Source of the DNA: Nitrospinales bacterium
GTDB taxonomy: Bacteria > Nitrospinota > Nitrospinia > Nitrospinales > VA-1
Direction: 5' to 3'
Assembly (NCBI GenBank): GCA_965223795.1
Contig: CBDCXL010000001.1
Coordinates: 608,120 to 672,119, forward strand
Length of the DNA: 64,000 nt
Shown here: piece after piece, positions 20,258-31,396 of the stretch
Position numbering within the stretch: the first letter of the stretch is position 1
Layout of the letters: every line of letters starts with the position of its first letter
Made by a program: the position numbers and the translations under genes
Notes under the pieces: model-generated
The model's input: the letters and a program-made list of their open reading frames with translations, nothing else
Databases searched by the model: none
What the model was told of the DNA's origin: nothing

Positions 20258-21274
20258 ATGGTTGAGGCGGTCGCGATTTTCCTGGCAGGCGCTCTGATGC
20301 TGTATGTGCTGCTGGGAGGCGCGGACTTCGGTGCGGGCATTCTGGAAATGTTCGTCAACCGCAGGACCCGCGGCCAGCAGAAAAAAATCATCAACAAGGC
20401 GATGGGGCCGGTCTGGGAAGTGAACCACATCTGGCTGATCATCGCGGTCGTGATTTTGTTCAACGCGTTCCCGAAAGCCTTCAGCCAGATTTCGGTCACC
20501 TTTCACATCCCGCTGACGCTGATGCTGATCGGCATCATCATCCGCGGCTGCGCGTTCGCGTTCCGCGTTTACGACGCCTACCAGGACCAGTCGCAGAAAT
20601 ACTATTCCCTGGCGTTCGAAGCCTCCAGCGTGCTGACGCCGTTCAGCCTGGGGCTCATTCTCGGCGGCATCCTGATCGGCAGGATCAACCCCGGCGCCGA
20701 GACGTTCTACGCCGCGTTCGTCGATCCCTGGCTCAACGTGTTTTCCTTCGTGCTGGGCGTGTTCACCTGCTGCCTGGTCACCTACATCGCGTCGGTGTAC
20801 ATCATCGGCGAAACGCGCAAGGACATTCTGCGCCGGCAATTCGTGTTCCGCGCCAAGGCGGCGGGAATCGTGACGTTCATCATGGGGGCGTTCGTCGTCG
20901 AATCGGCGCTGCTGTATGAATCCGAACTGTTCGCCAAGTTTTATTCGGACCGGTTCAGCCTGTCCTGCATCCTGCTTGCGGCAGCCCTGTTCGCTCCGCT
21001 GTGGAAACTGCTGAACCACAGCAGGGCGATCTTCGCCCGGCTTCTGGTGGTTTTACAAGTCACTCTGATCTTTGTCGCCTGGTTCGAGATGCAGTACCCC
21101 TTCATCATCGCGCCGTCGGAGCTGTTTGCATTCGAAGGACTCAACCTTTACGAAATCGCCGCTCCGGAAAGCACGCTGCGATACCTGCTCATCGCGCTCG
21201 TGCTCGGCTCGGTGTTCATCTTTCCCGCCTGGCTGTATCTGCTCCGGGTGTTCAAGTTCAGCCCGAAATCCTGA
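20258..21274 (+). CDS. cydB: Cytochrome bd-type oxidase subunit II
   Basis: YVLLGGADFGAG, GPVWEVNHIWLI, RGCAFAFR; follows cydA. Confidence 0.92.
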   Translation: MVEAVAIFLAGALMLYVLLGGADFGAGILEMFVNRRTRGQQKKIINKAMGPVWEVNHIWLIIAVVILFNAFPKAFSQISVTFHIPLTLMLIGIIIRGCAFAFRVYDAYQDQSQKYYSLAFEASSVLTPFSLGLILGGILIGRINPGAETFYAAFVDPWLNVFSFVLGVFTCCLVTYIASVYIIGETRKDILRRQFVFRAKAAGIVTFIMGAFVVESALLYESELFAKFYSDRFSLSCILLAAALFAPLWKLLNHSRAIFARLLVVLQVTLIFVAWFEMQYPFIIAPSELFAFEGLNLYEIAAPESTLRYLLIALVLGSVFIFPAWLYLLRVFKFSPKS

Positions 21275-21401
21275 AAACCACCCACTGAATGCAAGCCGGA
21301 GTTTCGCCGTATAACAGGCTTGCAGCCTGTCACGGCCGCGTGCTACAACCGCCCCCCGGAAGCGGAACATTGCCTGAAACTGTCGATCAAGAGGTGCCAT
21401 C

Positions 21402-21914
21402 ATGCCGTCATTCCATGAATTGGGGCCGGGACAGAAATTTTTTTTCGCGCGGATCTTTCTCTGGTTCATCGTGCTTTTGGGAGTCGGGTCCATGTACCTG
21501 GGGCTCAACACCATGAACCTGGCGCGGCAGAGCACCGGTTGGCCGTCCGTGCAGGGAACGGTGACCGAGTCGCGCATTCATTCGGAATCCCATCCCGGAG
21601 CGGGGAAAAAGCCAACCTACCATGCGAACGTGGAGTACGCGTATACGGTGGATGGAGAGGAACACACGGGGGACCGCGTGAGCTTCGGTGAATACGGCAC
21701 CAACGATCCGTCCCACGCGCAAGCCATCATCGGGCGCTACCCGAAAGGGAACACGGTCGCCGTCTATCACGATCCCGACCGGCCCGGCGAATCCGTGCTG
21801 GAGCCCGGCTCGCACGGCATCCCCTGGTTCTATCTGATTCTGGGCATGCCGTTTCTGATCTTCGGCCTGGGCCTGGCGAACTACCTGCCGAAAATGGCGG
21901 AAAAGGGCAACTGA
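21402..21914 (+). CDS. DUF3592 membrane protein
   Basis: WPSVQGTVTES, VEYAYTVDG, VAVYHDPDRPGESVL flanked by TM helices. Confidence 0.85.
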   Translation: MPSFHELGPGQKFFFARIFLWFIVLLGVGSMYLGLNTMNLARQSTGWPSVQGTVTESRIHSESHPGAGKKPTYHANVEYAYTVDGEEHTGDRVSFGEYGTNDPSHAQAIIGRYPKGNTVAVYHDPDRPGESVLEPGSHGIPWFYLILGMPFLIFGLGLANYLPKMAEKGN

Positions 21915-22112
21915 ACCGGTCTGGTTCAGTCATACGCCATAAACGATGGTGTTCTAAAACGGAGCCTTTCGGCTCCGGTTTAACAAGGCGGTCCGCCATA
22001 TTGGGAGCTTTCGGCGATCCCGTTTCAAGAACCTGGCCCATGTATTGACAAAAAGGGAATTCGGGCACAGATTTATTTTTTAGCCCTCAATTGCGAAACA
22101 TGGGAGGATGCC

Positions 22113-22811
22113 ATGACCACCGCCCTTCCGGAAACACTTGCCGACAAATTGATCTCTGAAAAGATAGAGGAGTGGAGAGCCAAAAAGCACCCGCAGCACC
22201 CCGGTGAAGAGGCCCGCAAACTCCGGATTTATCCATTTCTCACTGTCGCCAGGGACATCGGCTGCGGTGAAGAAATCATCCTTCCGCAACTTGAAAAAAC
22301 ACTGGGGTGGAAGATTTACGGCAAAAACCTTCTCGATTATCTTGCCGGACACCATTTTCTGAGCCGCAGCTTCATCGAAACCCTGGATGAAAACAGGCAA
22401 AACCTGCTGGACAACTGGGTCAACTTTCTGATTCACTCAGGCGCGATTTTACAGAAGAATTATGTCCTCAAGATTTCCCGCTTGATCAAGGTGATCGCCG
22501 CCCACGAAAGCGCCATCTTTTTAGGCCGAGGCGCGAACTTCATCCTCAAGAACAGAAAGGAAGGAGTCCGGATCAAGCTGACCGCCCCGTTCAGTCACCG
22601 GGTGGAACACATCCGCAAATTGAAAGATATCGATCCTAAAGAAGCCGAGAGGATGGTCCGGGAGATAGACAGGGAAAGAGAGGCGTTCATCCGCTACTAT
22701 TTCGACAAACAATTGGAGGAAGACTTCGAGTTCGACATTGTGTTCAACACGATGACGATCGATACCAACACCCTCTGCAACATCGTCCGGGATTTACTTT
22801 TAGAGAAATAA
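22113..22811 (+). CDS. Cytidylate kinase-like family protein
   Basis: TVARDIGCG, AIFLGRGANFIL, IDREREAFIRYYF, FDIVFNT. Confidence 0.8.
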   Translation: MTTALPETLADKLISEKIEEWRAKKHPQHPGEEARKLRIYPFLTVARDIGCGEEIILPQLEKTLGWKIYGKNLLDYLAGHHFLSRSFIETLDENRQNLLDNWVNFLIHSGAILQKNYVLKISRLIKVIAAHESAIFLGRGANFILKNRKEGVRIKLTAPFSHRVEHIRKLKDIDPKEAERMVREIDREREAFIRYYFDKQLEEDFEFDIVFNTMTIDTNTLCNIVRDLLLEK

Positions 22812-22924
22812 CAGGCAACCTGCCTTTAAGCAAAACGGGCCGTGCGTTGGGGAAGATTCTTCAGAGGCAGACCGGACCTTTACCGATCCGGGGAGAGGTG
22901 CATTTTATAGTTGTACCGTGAAGT

Positions 22925-23323
22925 TCAATTGCGGGATTTTCCCAAAAAATCATCCCATTCCCTCACAACCGCTATCAGCTCTTTTTTCTCCAGCGGTTTC
23001 ACCAGGTACATTTTAACCCCGAGATCCTCCAAAAAATGAGCCGCCATCTCCGGGTTGGGATAGCCGGTGATCGCAATGATTGGAATTTTTGCGGACTGGT
23101 GGTTCATGATATTGATCAATTCCTCACCATTGATGTCCGGCATGCGTATATCACACAAAATCAAATGAACGTCAAAAAGCAAGTCTTCCTGATGCAGCAT
23201 TCGCAACGCTTCTCTGCCGTTCCTCGCTTCCAGAATGGGATATCCCTCTTGCTCGAGCTGCAGTTTCATCACCTCACGGACCGCATCGTCGTCCTCCACG
23301 ATCAGGATCGTTCCCTTAGCCAT
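22925..23323 (-). CDS. Stand-alone response regulator receiver protein
   Basis: ILIVEDDD, LILCDIRMPDING, ITGYP, YLVKP. Confidence 0.9.
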   Translation of the reverse strand: MAKGTILIVEDDDAVREVMKLQLEQEGYPILEARNGREALRMLHQEDLLFDVHLILCDIRMPDINGEELINIMNHQSAKIPIIAITGYPNPEMAAHFLEDLGVKMYLVKPLEKKELIAVVREWDDFLGKSRN

Positions 23324-23522
23324 GACTGACTCCGAAATGGTTGAACCCATAGACAATTTAGGTCCTGAAACCAGCCGGGGCAACCCCTTGCCGAAAGATT
23401 CCAGCACGCTGCGACAACGGCTTATGCGTGGATGGCGCGGAGGAAGCGATTTGGATGCAAGCCTCTTCCGTGAATAGAAAATGCCTCCGGCGGAAACTGC
23501 ACGGAATAAAAGCAAAGATCGG

Positions 23523-23786
23523 TCAGTGCGATTCCCGCCAGGCGTCGTGAATTTCGATGGAATCCGGGATCTGCGGGAAGGAAGGATCCTGATCGAGGAT
23601 CAATTCGCCGTATTTGTCCCGGAAGGTGATCAGCTCGTCCAGCAGGTTCATGGTGACGACCCACACAGAAACGGTCTGGGCGATCCCCGCTTCCGTCACC
23701 TCCTGCGTTTCCCGCAGCACCGCTTCGTCGCAGGGCCGCTCCCCGGTGCCGATGAGGCTGGTGCGTTCGACTCGAAATTCCGGCAT
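23523..23786 (-). CDS. Hypothetical protein, 87 aa
   Basis: GAGGAA RBS before ATG 23786; host-like codon usage. Confidence 0.55.
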   Translation of the reverse strand: MPEFRVERTSLIGTGERPCDEAVLRETQEVTEAGIAQTVSVWVVTMNLLDELITFRDKYGELILDQDPSFPQIPDSIEIHDAWRESH

Positions 23787-23908
23787 CGTGTTCCTCTTAG
23801 TTGATTTCTGTCCAATCCGTTTATCAGCATTTCTCCCGAATGATTTCCTTTTCCGCTCACCCAAGAAAAAAAGGGCTCACGGAGTGTGCCGCAAGCCCTT
23901 TCTGTATC

Positions 23909-23985
<77 letters not shown>

Positions 23986-24478
23986 ATATCTCTTTAAACA
24001 ACATTTACATGATTTTAGAGGGGCAGAAAGACTCCAAATGCGATTGCCCTCGCCCCAAAGTAATACTTTGCAGGCTGTTTTGAGCATTTTGGGAGTCACG
24101 CGTCACACCTCATGGAAGCAAATTGTAATCGTTTCCACCAGGGGATTCAATCCCCCGCCTCCCCCCGTCCTGTCTCCGGTCGTTCCCCCTTCTGAGTTGG
24201 AATTTCGCCATTCCGGGATCGAACGGCGACTCCGGCTTGCAGCCGATTCTGTAGTAAATCCACCACAATTCTAAGTAATCATTATTCATAGCAATATGGC
24301 AATTCGAGCGATTACGACACAGCCTCTCAATCCTTATACTTTCTTCAGGTGAAAGCGGATTGAAAAACGGGAATTTTTGCCTTGTTGATTTCTCCTGTTT
24401 TGAGGAAACAAATCTGAAACGAACCCGTTTTCACACACAGGAATAAATCTTCAACCATTTCCAAGGGAGGGTCTGGAC

Positions 24479-25032
24479 ATGCTACCCAAATTGAGTCAGT
24501 CCCGCTGGTCCCCCTACTGGGTCGGGATCGCCATCGGGGTTCTTTCATGGATCACCTTCGCTTTTATGGGGAAAGCGCTGGGTGTTTCCACCACGTTTGT
24601 CCGCGCTGCGGGATCGGTGGAAAAAATCGTCGCCCCGGCCACGTCCACTCGAATCCTTATTTCGTCAAATACCTGGGAACCCCGGAGAAACCCAAACCCG
24701 CCATTGAATGGCAGTTCGCTCTGGTGCTGATGCTCCCGGCCGGGGCCTACGCCGCGAAACGATTTTCGAACACCCGGTTCCACGAAACCGTCCCGGAACT
24801 GTGGAAATGGCGGTTCGGCCCTTCCCAGCCACTTCGCTACGGGATGGCGTTTCTGGGAGGCGCGGTCACCCTGTTCGGCGCCCGGCTGGCGGGAGGCTGC
24901 ACTTCCGGGCATGGCATCTCGGGTGGTTTGCAGCTCGCTTTGTCTTCCTGGATCTTTTTTCTGGCCTTGTTCGCCGGGGGTGTTGTGACCGCTTATTCAC
25001 TCTATGGGAAAGATGGAGGCGATCATGTTTGA
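24479..25032 (+). pseudogene. YeeE/YedE thiosulfate transporter family protein, frameshifted near 24632-24640
   Basis: N-part WSPYWVGIAIGVL...ALGVSTTF in one frame; C-part FGARLAGGCTSGHGISG in another; one extra base would fuse them. Confidence 0.8.
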
Positions 25033-25588
25033 ACATTTTTTTGCGGATCCAAAAACTCTGCTCCTTGGAGCGCTCACCGGTTTCATTTTCGGTTTTCTAT
25101 TGCAGAAAGGCGGCGTCACCCGATTCAACGTCATCGTCGGGCAATTTCTGTTAAAGGATTTCACGGTTCTGAAAATCATGCTCACCGCCATTCTCGTCGG
25201 TGGAATCGGAATCTACGGAATGAGAACCCTGGGCTGGGACATTGCGCTGCATATCAAAAACGCAGCCCTCCTGGGCAACGCTCTGGGCGGTTTGATCTTC
25301 GGCGCCGGCATGGCGCTGCTGGGCTACTGCCCCGGCACGGGTGTGGCGGCTCTTGGCGATGGTTCCCGCCACGCCCTGTTTGGCGTGCTGGGCATGCTGG
25401 CGGGAGCAGCCCTGTTTGCGGAAGCGTATCCCTGGATGCAATCCGGGGTGCTGGGCGTCGGAGATTTGGGGAAGGCGACGCTGCCGACGATGACGGATCT
25501 GTCACCCTGGTGGTTTCTGGCGTTGCTGACGCTGGCGGCGGCCGCGGTGTTTGCGCTGCTGGAAAGCCGGGAACGGAAGCAACGCTGA
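25025..25588 (+). CDS. YeeE/YedE thiosulfate transporter family protein
   Basis: GFIFGFLLQKGG, GGLIFGAGMALLGYCPGT. Confidence 0.9.
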   Translation: MFEHFFADPKTLLLGALTGFIFGFLLQKGGVTRFNVIVGQFLLKDFTVLKIMLTAILVGGIGIYGMRTLGWDIALHIKNAALLGNALGGLIFGAGMALLGYCPGTGVAALGDGSRHALFGVLGMLAGAALFAEAYPWMQSGVLGVGDLGKATLPTMTDLSPWWFLALLTLAAAAVFALLESRERKQR

Positions 25589-25595
25589 ATGATTT

Positions 25596-25922
25596 TTACT
25601 TCTTCTTCGGCACCCAGCCCCTCTCCTTCATGCAGGAAATAAACTTGGATGAGTAGGGCGGGATGTGATCGTCTTCGGGAAACGTGATCGCCGCGCATTC
25701 CCGTTTATCTTTTGCCATCGGGGTCTCATTTCTGAAACGCGTTTCCAAGGACTGGGGTTCTTTCTTGGAGGGATTTTTGGGGTGGATCACGGCGCCGCGC
25801 ACTTGCGGTTCTACCTGCTTCGGCGACGCGCAGGAAGCCATGAATGAGACTGTCAGCAAGAGAAGGATGTATTGCATAAAAACCCGCATGGGTACGGAAA
25901 ATGAGTTTCTATCCATTTTCAT
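25596..25922 (-). CDS. Small lipoprotein with C...CMKERGW motif; start may be further downstream
   Basis: FMASC lipobox-like sequence; C-terminus resembles 18511..18723. Confidence 0.65.
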   Translation of the reverse strand: MKMDRNSFSVPMRVFMQYILLLLTVSFMASCASPKQVEPQVRGAVIHPKNPSKKEPQSLETRFRNETPMAKDKRECAAITFPEDDHIPPYSSKFISCMKERGWVPKKK

Positions 25923-26175
25923 CGGTTTTTCCCGTCAAATCCATTACCCTCCCGCCTCTTCCGGCGTGTTCGCTGTGAGGAATAAATTCTCAAAAAATCG
26001 CCCGAACCCGCCAAACAGCACGCGCTGACAGGGGTTTGCGGCCGCGTTTGGCGGACGGAAGTCCGCGTCCGCCGCCGTTCCGGCATTTTTTTCCGCTCCG
26101 CTTTGACTTGCCGGGACCGGGATATTATTATAATTCATCGCTTTTGTTCCTTTCCCAGGGAGGTATCATTTTTTT

Positions 26176-27054
26176 ATGCTCAAGGTCCGCGCCAGTCAGA
26201 TTTTTTCTCACTCGATGGAAGATGTGGTCGCCGCGAAAAAGGCGCTGGACGCCGGGGACGCGTTCGAGAAGGTGGTGGAGCGGTACAGCACCTGCCCGTC
26301 GAAGAAAAACGCCGGCGACCTGGGCTGGATGCCGGAAGGCACGGTGAACTCGCTGATGGGCCAGACGATCGGCGAGAACGACAAGGGCAGGATCGTCGGC
26401 CCGCTGCACACCCAGTACGGCTACCACATTCTCATGATCTCGGACATCGAGATGGAAAAGATTCCGGGACCGTTCACGCCCGCCACGCCGATGAAGGAAT
26501 TGAACCAGAAGTTCCCGGAGGCCCATTCGCTGCTGTTTCAGAAATTCCACATGGGCATGCCGGTTTCGGGCTACAAGGACGGGGAAACCCTGGGCTCGGT
26601 GTGCCAGGCGCAGAACAAGCCGGAGATGGAAGTGCTGAACTACCTGCATGAGGAATACGCCAACCGGCACGTGGACACGATCACGCCCGAAGAGCTGAAG
26701 GAAAAGATGAAATCGGGCGACCCCAATCTGACGCTGCTGGACATCCGCGAAAGCTGGGAGCGGGACATCGCGATGATCGACGGCTCGCAGCTCATCACGC
26801 AGGAGAACAGCGAATCCGTCCTCAATTCCCTGACGCCGGATCAGGAGATCGTGCTCATCGACTGGAAGCAGGACCGCAGTCCGAGCTTCCGCAGGTGGCT
26901 TTCGCAGCGCGGGCTGCCCAACATCCGCTGCCTGGAAGGCGGCATCGACGCCTGGGCGGAAAAGGTGGAAACCCGGCTCAACCGGTATGACATCGATGAG
27001 GACGACGGCTACCGCTACGAGGACATCATCGAGGAGCAGAACGGTCCGCAATGA
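26176..27054 (+). CDS. Parvulin-type PPIase + small helical domain + rhodanese-fold fusion protein
   Basis: YSTCPSKKNAGDLGW...GPLHTQYGYHIL (PpiC-type); LLDIRESWE...LEGGIDAWA (rhodanese fold). Confidence 0.85.
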   Translation: MLKVRASQIFSHSMEDVVAAKKALDAGDAFEKVVERYSTCPSKKNAGDLGWMPEGTVNSLMGQTIGENDKGRIVGPLHTQYGYHILMISDIEMEKIPGPFTPATPMKELNQKFPEAHSLLFQKFHMGMPVSGYKDGETLGSVCQAQNKPEMEVLNYLHEEYANRHVDTITPEELKEKMKSGDPNLTLLDIRESWERDIAMIDGSQLITQENSESVLNSLTPDQEIVLIDWKQDRSPSFRRWLSQRGLPNIRCLEGGIDAWAEKVETRLNRYDIDEDDGYRYEDIIEEQNGPQ

Positions 27055-27141
27055 ACAGGGTCCGCGCTCCCGTCCACAGCCTTGCTGTGATCTTTCCGCT
27101 CCACTCTCCGTAAAACGCTCACTGCCACCGGGGGATTCCAC

Positions 27142-28116
27142 TTGCTCGCCGTCGACAACCTGACCACTCATTTCCACACCGATGACGGCGTGGTGCAGGC
27201 GGTGCGCGGCGTTTCCCTCAACATCGACTCCGGCCAGACGCTGGCCCTGGTGGGCGAGTCCGGCTGCGGCAAATCGGTCACCGCGCTCAGCGTGCTCAAG
27301 CTCATCCCCACCCCTCCGGGACGCTTCGTTTCCGGCACCATCCGGTTCGACGGCCGCAGCATTCTGGACGCCTCTGAAAGCGAGATGCAGGCCATCCGCG
27401 GCAACGACATCAGCATGATCTTTCAGGAGCCGATGACCTCGCTCAACCCCATCTTCACCATCGGCGACCAGATCGCGGAAACGATCCTGCTGCACCAGAA
27501 CAAAAGCCCGGACGAGGCGCGCGCCCTGACGCTGGAGGCCCTGAAGAAGGTGGCCATGCCCTCGCCGGAAAAACGCATCGACCAGTACCCGCACGAGCTT
27601 TCGGGCGGCATGAAGCAGCGGGTGATGATCGCCATGGCCATCGCCTGCCGGCCGAAGCTTTTGATCGCCGACGAGCCGACCACGGCCCTGGACGTGACGG
27701 TGCAGGCGCAGATCCTCGACCTGCTGGAATCGCTGCGGGAGCAGACCGGCATGGCGATCCTGCTGATCACGCACAATCTCGGAATCGTGGCGCAGTACGC
27801 CGACCGGGTGGCGGTGATGTACGCCGGCAAGATCGTCGAGGAAGCGCCGGTGGAAACGCTGTTCGGCTCCCCGGCGCACCCGTACACGCGCGGGCTGCTC
27901 GCTTCGCTGCCGCGCGGCGAGCCGGGCGAAAAACTCCAGGCCATTCCGGGCGCGGTGCCGCACCCGGCCTACATCCCGGACGGCTGCGCCTTCCATCCGC
28001 GCTGCCCGGACGTGCTGCCGCACTGCAACGAACGCATCCCGCCGTTTTTCGACGCGCCTTCAAGTAAAGAACAGCCGACGGCGTGCTGGCTCTACGATGA
28101 GGACGGGACTTCATGA
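27142..28116 (+). CDS. oppD: Oligopeptide/dipeptide ABC transporter ATP-binding protein (OppD/DppD type)
   Basis: [42 protein letters not shown]. Confidence 0.9.
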   Translation: MLAVDNLTTHFHTDDGVVQAVRGVSLNIDSGQTLALVGESGCGKSVTALSVLKLIPTPPGRFVSGTIRFDGRSILDASESEMQAIRGNDISMIFQEPMTSLNPIFTIGDQIAETILLHQNKSPDEARALTLEALKKVAMPSPEKRIDQYPHELSGGMKQRVMIAMAIACRPKLLIADEPTTALDVTVQAQILDLLESLREQTGMAILLITHNLGIVAQYADRVAVMYAGKIVEEAPVETLFGSPAHPYTRGLLASLPRGEPGEKLQAIPGAVPHPAYIPDGCAFHPRCPDVLPHCNERIPPFFDAPSSKEQPTACWLYDEDGTS

Positions 28117-28195
28117 CGGCGCTGGTCGCAATCCGCTCACTGAAAAAATATTTTCCGGATTACGGTGATCTGCTTGTGCGGGAGGACGGGACTCC

Positions 28196-28199
<4 letters not shown>
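28113..28199 (+). other. 28-codon mini-ORF formed by a diverged duplicate of the oppD/oppF junction
   Basis: [32 protein letters not shown] overlaps with both flanking genes. Confidence 0.6.
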
Positions 28200-29167
<968 letters not shown>

Positions 29168-29191
29168 CGACTACCCTAAAAAAGCAGCTCG

Positions 29192-29244
29192 CGCAAAGAC
29201 GCTAAGGCGCAAAGGAAAAGCAAGGCAGGATGAACAGGATAAAA
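29192..29244 (+). repeat. Left arm of imperfect inverted repeat flanking AT-rich cassette
   Basis: CGCAAAGACGCTAAGGCGCAAAGGAAAAGCAAGGCAGGATGAACAGGATAAAA; matches the reverse complement of 30027..30077. Confidence 0.75.
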
Positions 29245-29369
29245 GCAGAAACAAGGATCAAGATGATGAAATGTACAGCGATGAATACAGCTATGTTGTC
29301 AAGTTCTTAGTGACTGTGTTAAACCCTAAGTGGTGTGAAGGTTGTCACAGATAAAACTAGTGGGCATTT

Positions 29370-29888
29370 ATGAAAGAAATTATTCTTGAAATAAATAATC
29401 CTGCTTGGTGGTTCACGGCGGTTTTTGTAGCAGTATTGGTTAGCACCATTGGAGGAGTTTTGTCTCACGCCCTAATATTATGGGGTGCTGGGAAAATTGA
29501 TAAGTACAAGGGTTGGAAAAAACAGAAAGAGGAAAGCGATAAAAAATGGTTTATGAGTTTAGTGGATAATGAGGGATTATTGTTCGCTGAGGGTTTCAAA
29601 TTAGTTCTGAATTGGCTTGTGTTCTTGACCGCTTTTATTATTTTCTTTGTTGGGATGACCTCCTATGCGCTGGTTGAATATAAAGACGCACAACAGCATG
29701 TACTATTGCTTGAGTCATCGCCTGAATCAGAGAGTTGGTTTCTATATGCCTATTTAAGCTTCATGGCCTTGATGGCAATAATTTCTATTGTCCAGGGTTG
29801 GTTTGTGGGCAACAGAACAAAAAAATTTTTCCACGTTTTACGTGTTTTTAGAATGCTAAATATACCACCGGAAAAACGTGAAAAATAG
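29370..29888 (+). CDS. AT-rich hypothetical membrane protein (3 TM), probably horizontally acquired
   Basis: Abrupt drop in GC, A/T-ending codons, three hydrophobic segments. Confidence 0.75.
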   Translation: MKEIILEINNPAWWFTAVFVAVLVSTIGGVLSHALILWGAGKIDKYKGWKKQKEESDKKWFMSLVDNEGLLFAEGFKLVLNWLVFLTAFIIFFVGMTSYALVEYKDAQQHVLLLESSPESESWFLYAYLSFMALMAIISIVQGWFVGNRTKKFFHVLRVFRMLNIPPEKREK

Positions 29889-30026
29889 GATCGCATAGAG
29901 TTATAGAAAAGGGGTCAAGTCTTGATTTGAGATATTGTTTCTCTGCACCAGTCGGCCCTCTTTGCGGCTTGGCAGCAGCACCTTGCGAGTGTTGGGCGAA
30001 GCCGGGTTTTGGTTTCTAATTTTTTA

Positions 30027-30077
30027 TTTTCCTGTAATCCTGTTTCGCCTTTCCTTTGCGCTCTTTGCGTCTTTGCG
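30027..30077 (-). repeat. Right arm of imperfect inverted repeat flanking AT-rich cassette
   Basis: Reverse complement CGCAAAGACGCAAAGAGCGCAAAGGAAAGGCGAAACAGGATTACAGGAAAA. Confidence 0.75.
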
Positions 30078-30262
30078 GTACCACCAATCCTTCCTCTAGT
30101 TTTTTTCCGTCACCCCTTCTTTCCGTCTAGCTTCCCTTTTGTTATCCACGCTAAAGTTGCGCCGCCTTTCGGCCGCAATGAAATGGGTGGTGGTTTTTCA
30201 ATGGTTTCTCCCCTCCCCCACTCCCCCGGATTCCCGGCCGGACCCAAATCTGGAGACCCGTT

Positions 30263-30685
30263 TTGTTCTGGAAAAAATGGCTGCACATTCTCAAAAAACA
30301 GGACGCCCCCCGGCCCAATGTGATCGTGGACATCCGCGCCGCGTACCGGGTGAGGCCGTCTTCCGATGCGCCGATTCTGCTCATCGTGGACCGCAACCCG
30401 GTTCCGGTGGTGGACATCAGTTCCGGCGGCGTGTCTTTCAAGAACCGGGATTTCATGGTCGGCGTGTTCTACCGCGTGAACTTCATCCTGCCGCACAACA
30501 AAAAAGAGATCTCCTGTCAGGTCGAGGTGATGGGCATCGACCGGCACCGGGTCTGCCGCTGCCGCTTCACGGACCTGACCGCCGAGCAGGAGGAATCCAT
30601 CCTCCAGTACGTGGTGGAACGCAAACAGGAGCTGCTGCTCGCCTCGCAGGGACGCCCGGCGCTTTTGCACTCGGACCGGCCCTGA
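30263..30685 (+). CDS. PilZ domain protein
   Basis: RAAYR (RxxxR) and DISSGG (DxSxxG) motifs. Confidence 0.8.
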   Translation: MFWKKWLHILKKQDAPRPNVIVDIRAAYRVRPSSDAPILLIVDRNPVPVVDISSGGVSFKNRDFMVGVFYRVNFILPHNKKEISCQVEVMGIDRHRVCRCRFTDLTAEQEESILQYVVERKQELLLASQGRPALLHSDRP

Positions 30686-30762
30686 CCGCAATTCCTTCCC
30701 CTCCGCCCGCTTTCCCGCTATAATCCGGGGCTTTCCTGCACCTTCAACCGGGATCGGTCTGC

Positions 30763-31374
30763 ATGACAAACGACGCGTGGTCGGCGCACGACCTTGAAAT
30801 GATCGGGCACCGGGAGGTGTTCCTGCAAAAACCGGGGATTCTGAAGCGGGCGGAAGCGCGACTCCGGGATCTGGAAAGCGCGCTGGCGCGGGAACTCAAA
30901 GACACCGCCCCGGCGCTGCCGCCCGATTCCAAGGTGGACAAAGGCCAGCTGGCGCGCGGCGAGAACCACAAGGGCTTTCCCTTTCTTTCGCTGGACATCC
31001 CGCAGTCTTTCTCGAAAACCGAGTATTTCACGTTCCGGACGCTGTTCTGGTGGGGGCATTACCTGGGGTTTTCGCTGATCCTAAAAGGCGGCGGGCAGAA
31101 CCTTTGGCTGGAAAACCTGCTAAAACTGCGTCAGACGGAGAACTGGCAGGACGTGTGCCTGTCCACGGCCAAAACGCCGTTTGAATGGGATGTCGAATTG
31201 TTGAAGCGGGCTCAAGACATGCCGGAGGAGGATATCCGCACCACGGTCGGAACTCTCGAATACGTCAAGCTCATCCGGATCTATCCTGTGCAGGATGAAA
31301 GCTTCGTCTCGCTGGACTGGACGGCTGCGGGGCTCGCCGCCTGGCGGGACCTTTCCAAAGCAGCGCTGGATTGA
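30763..31374 (+). CDS. Hypothetical protein
   Basis: 203-aa ORF with host-like codon usage; RGENHKGFPFLSLDIP, FRTLFWWGH. Confidence 0.75.
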   Translation: MTNDAWSAHDLEMIGHREVFLQKPGILKRAEARLRDLESALARELKDTAPALPPDSKVDKGQLARGENHKGFPFLSLDIPQSFSKTEYFTFRTLFWWGHYLGFSLILKGGGQNLWLENLLKLRQTENWQDVCLSTAKTPFEWDVELLKRAQDMPEEDIRTTVGTLEYVKLIRIYPVQDESFVSLDWTAAGLAAWRDLSKAALD

Positions 31375-31396
31375 CGACGCTGCACCGCAGCGGTTT

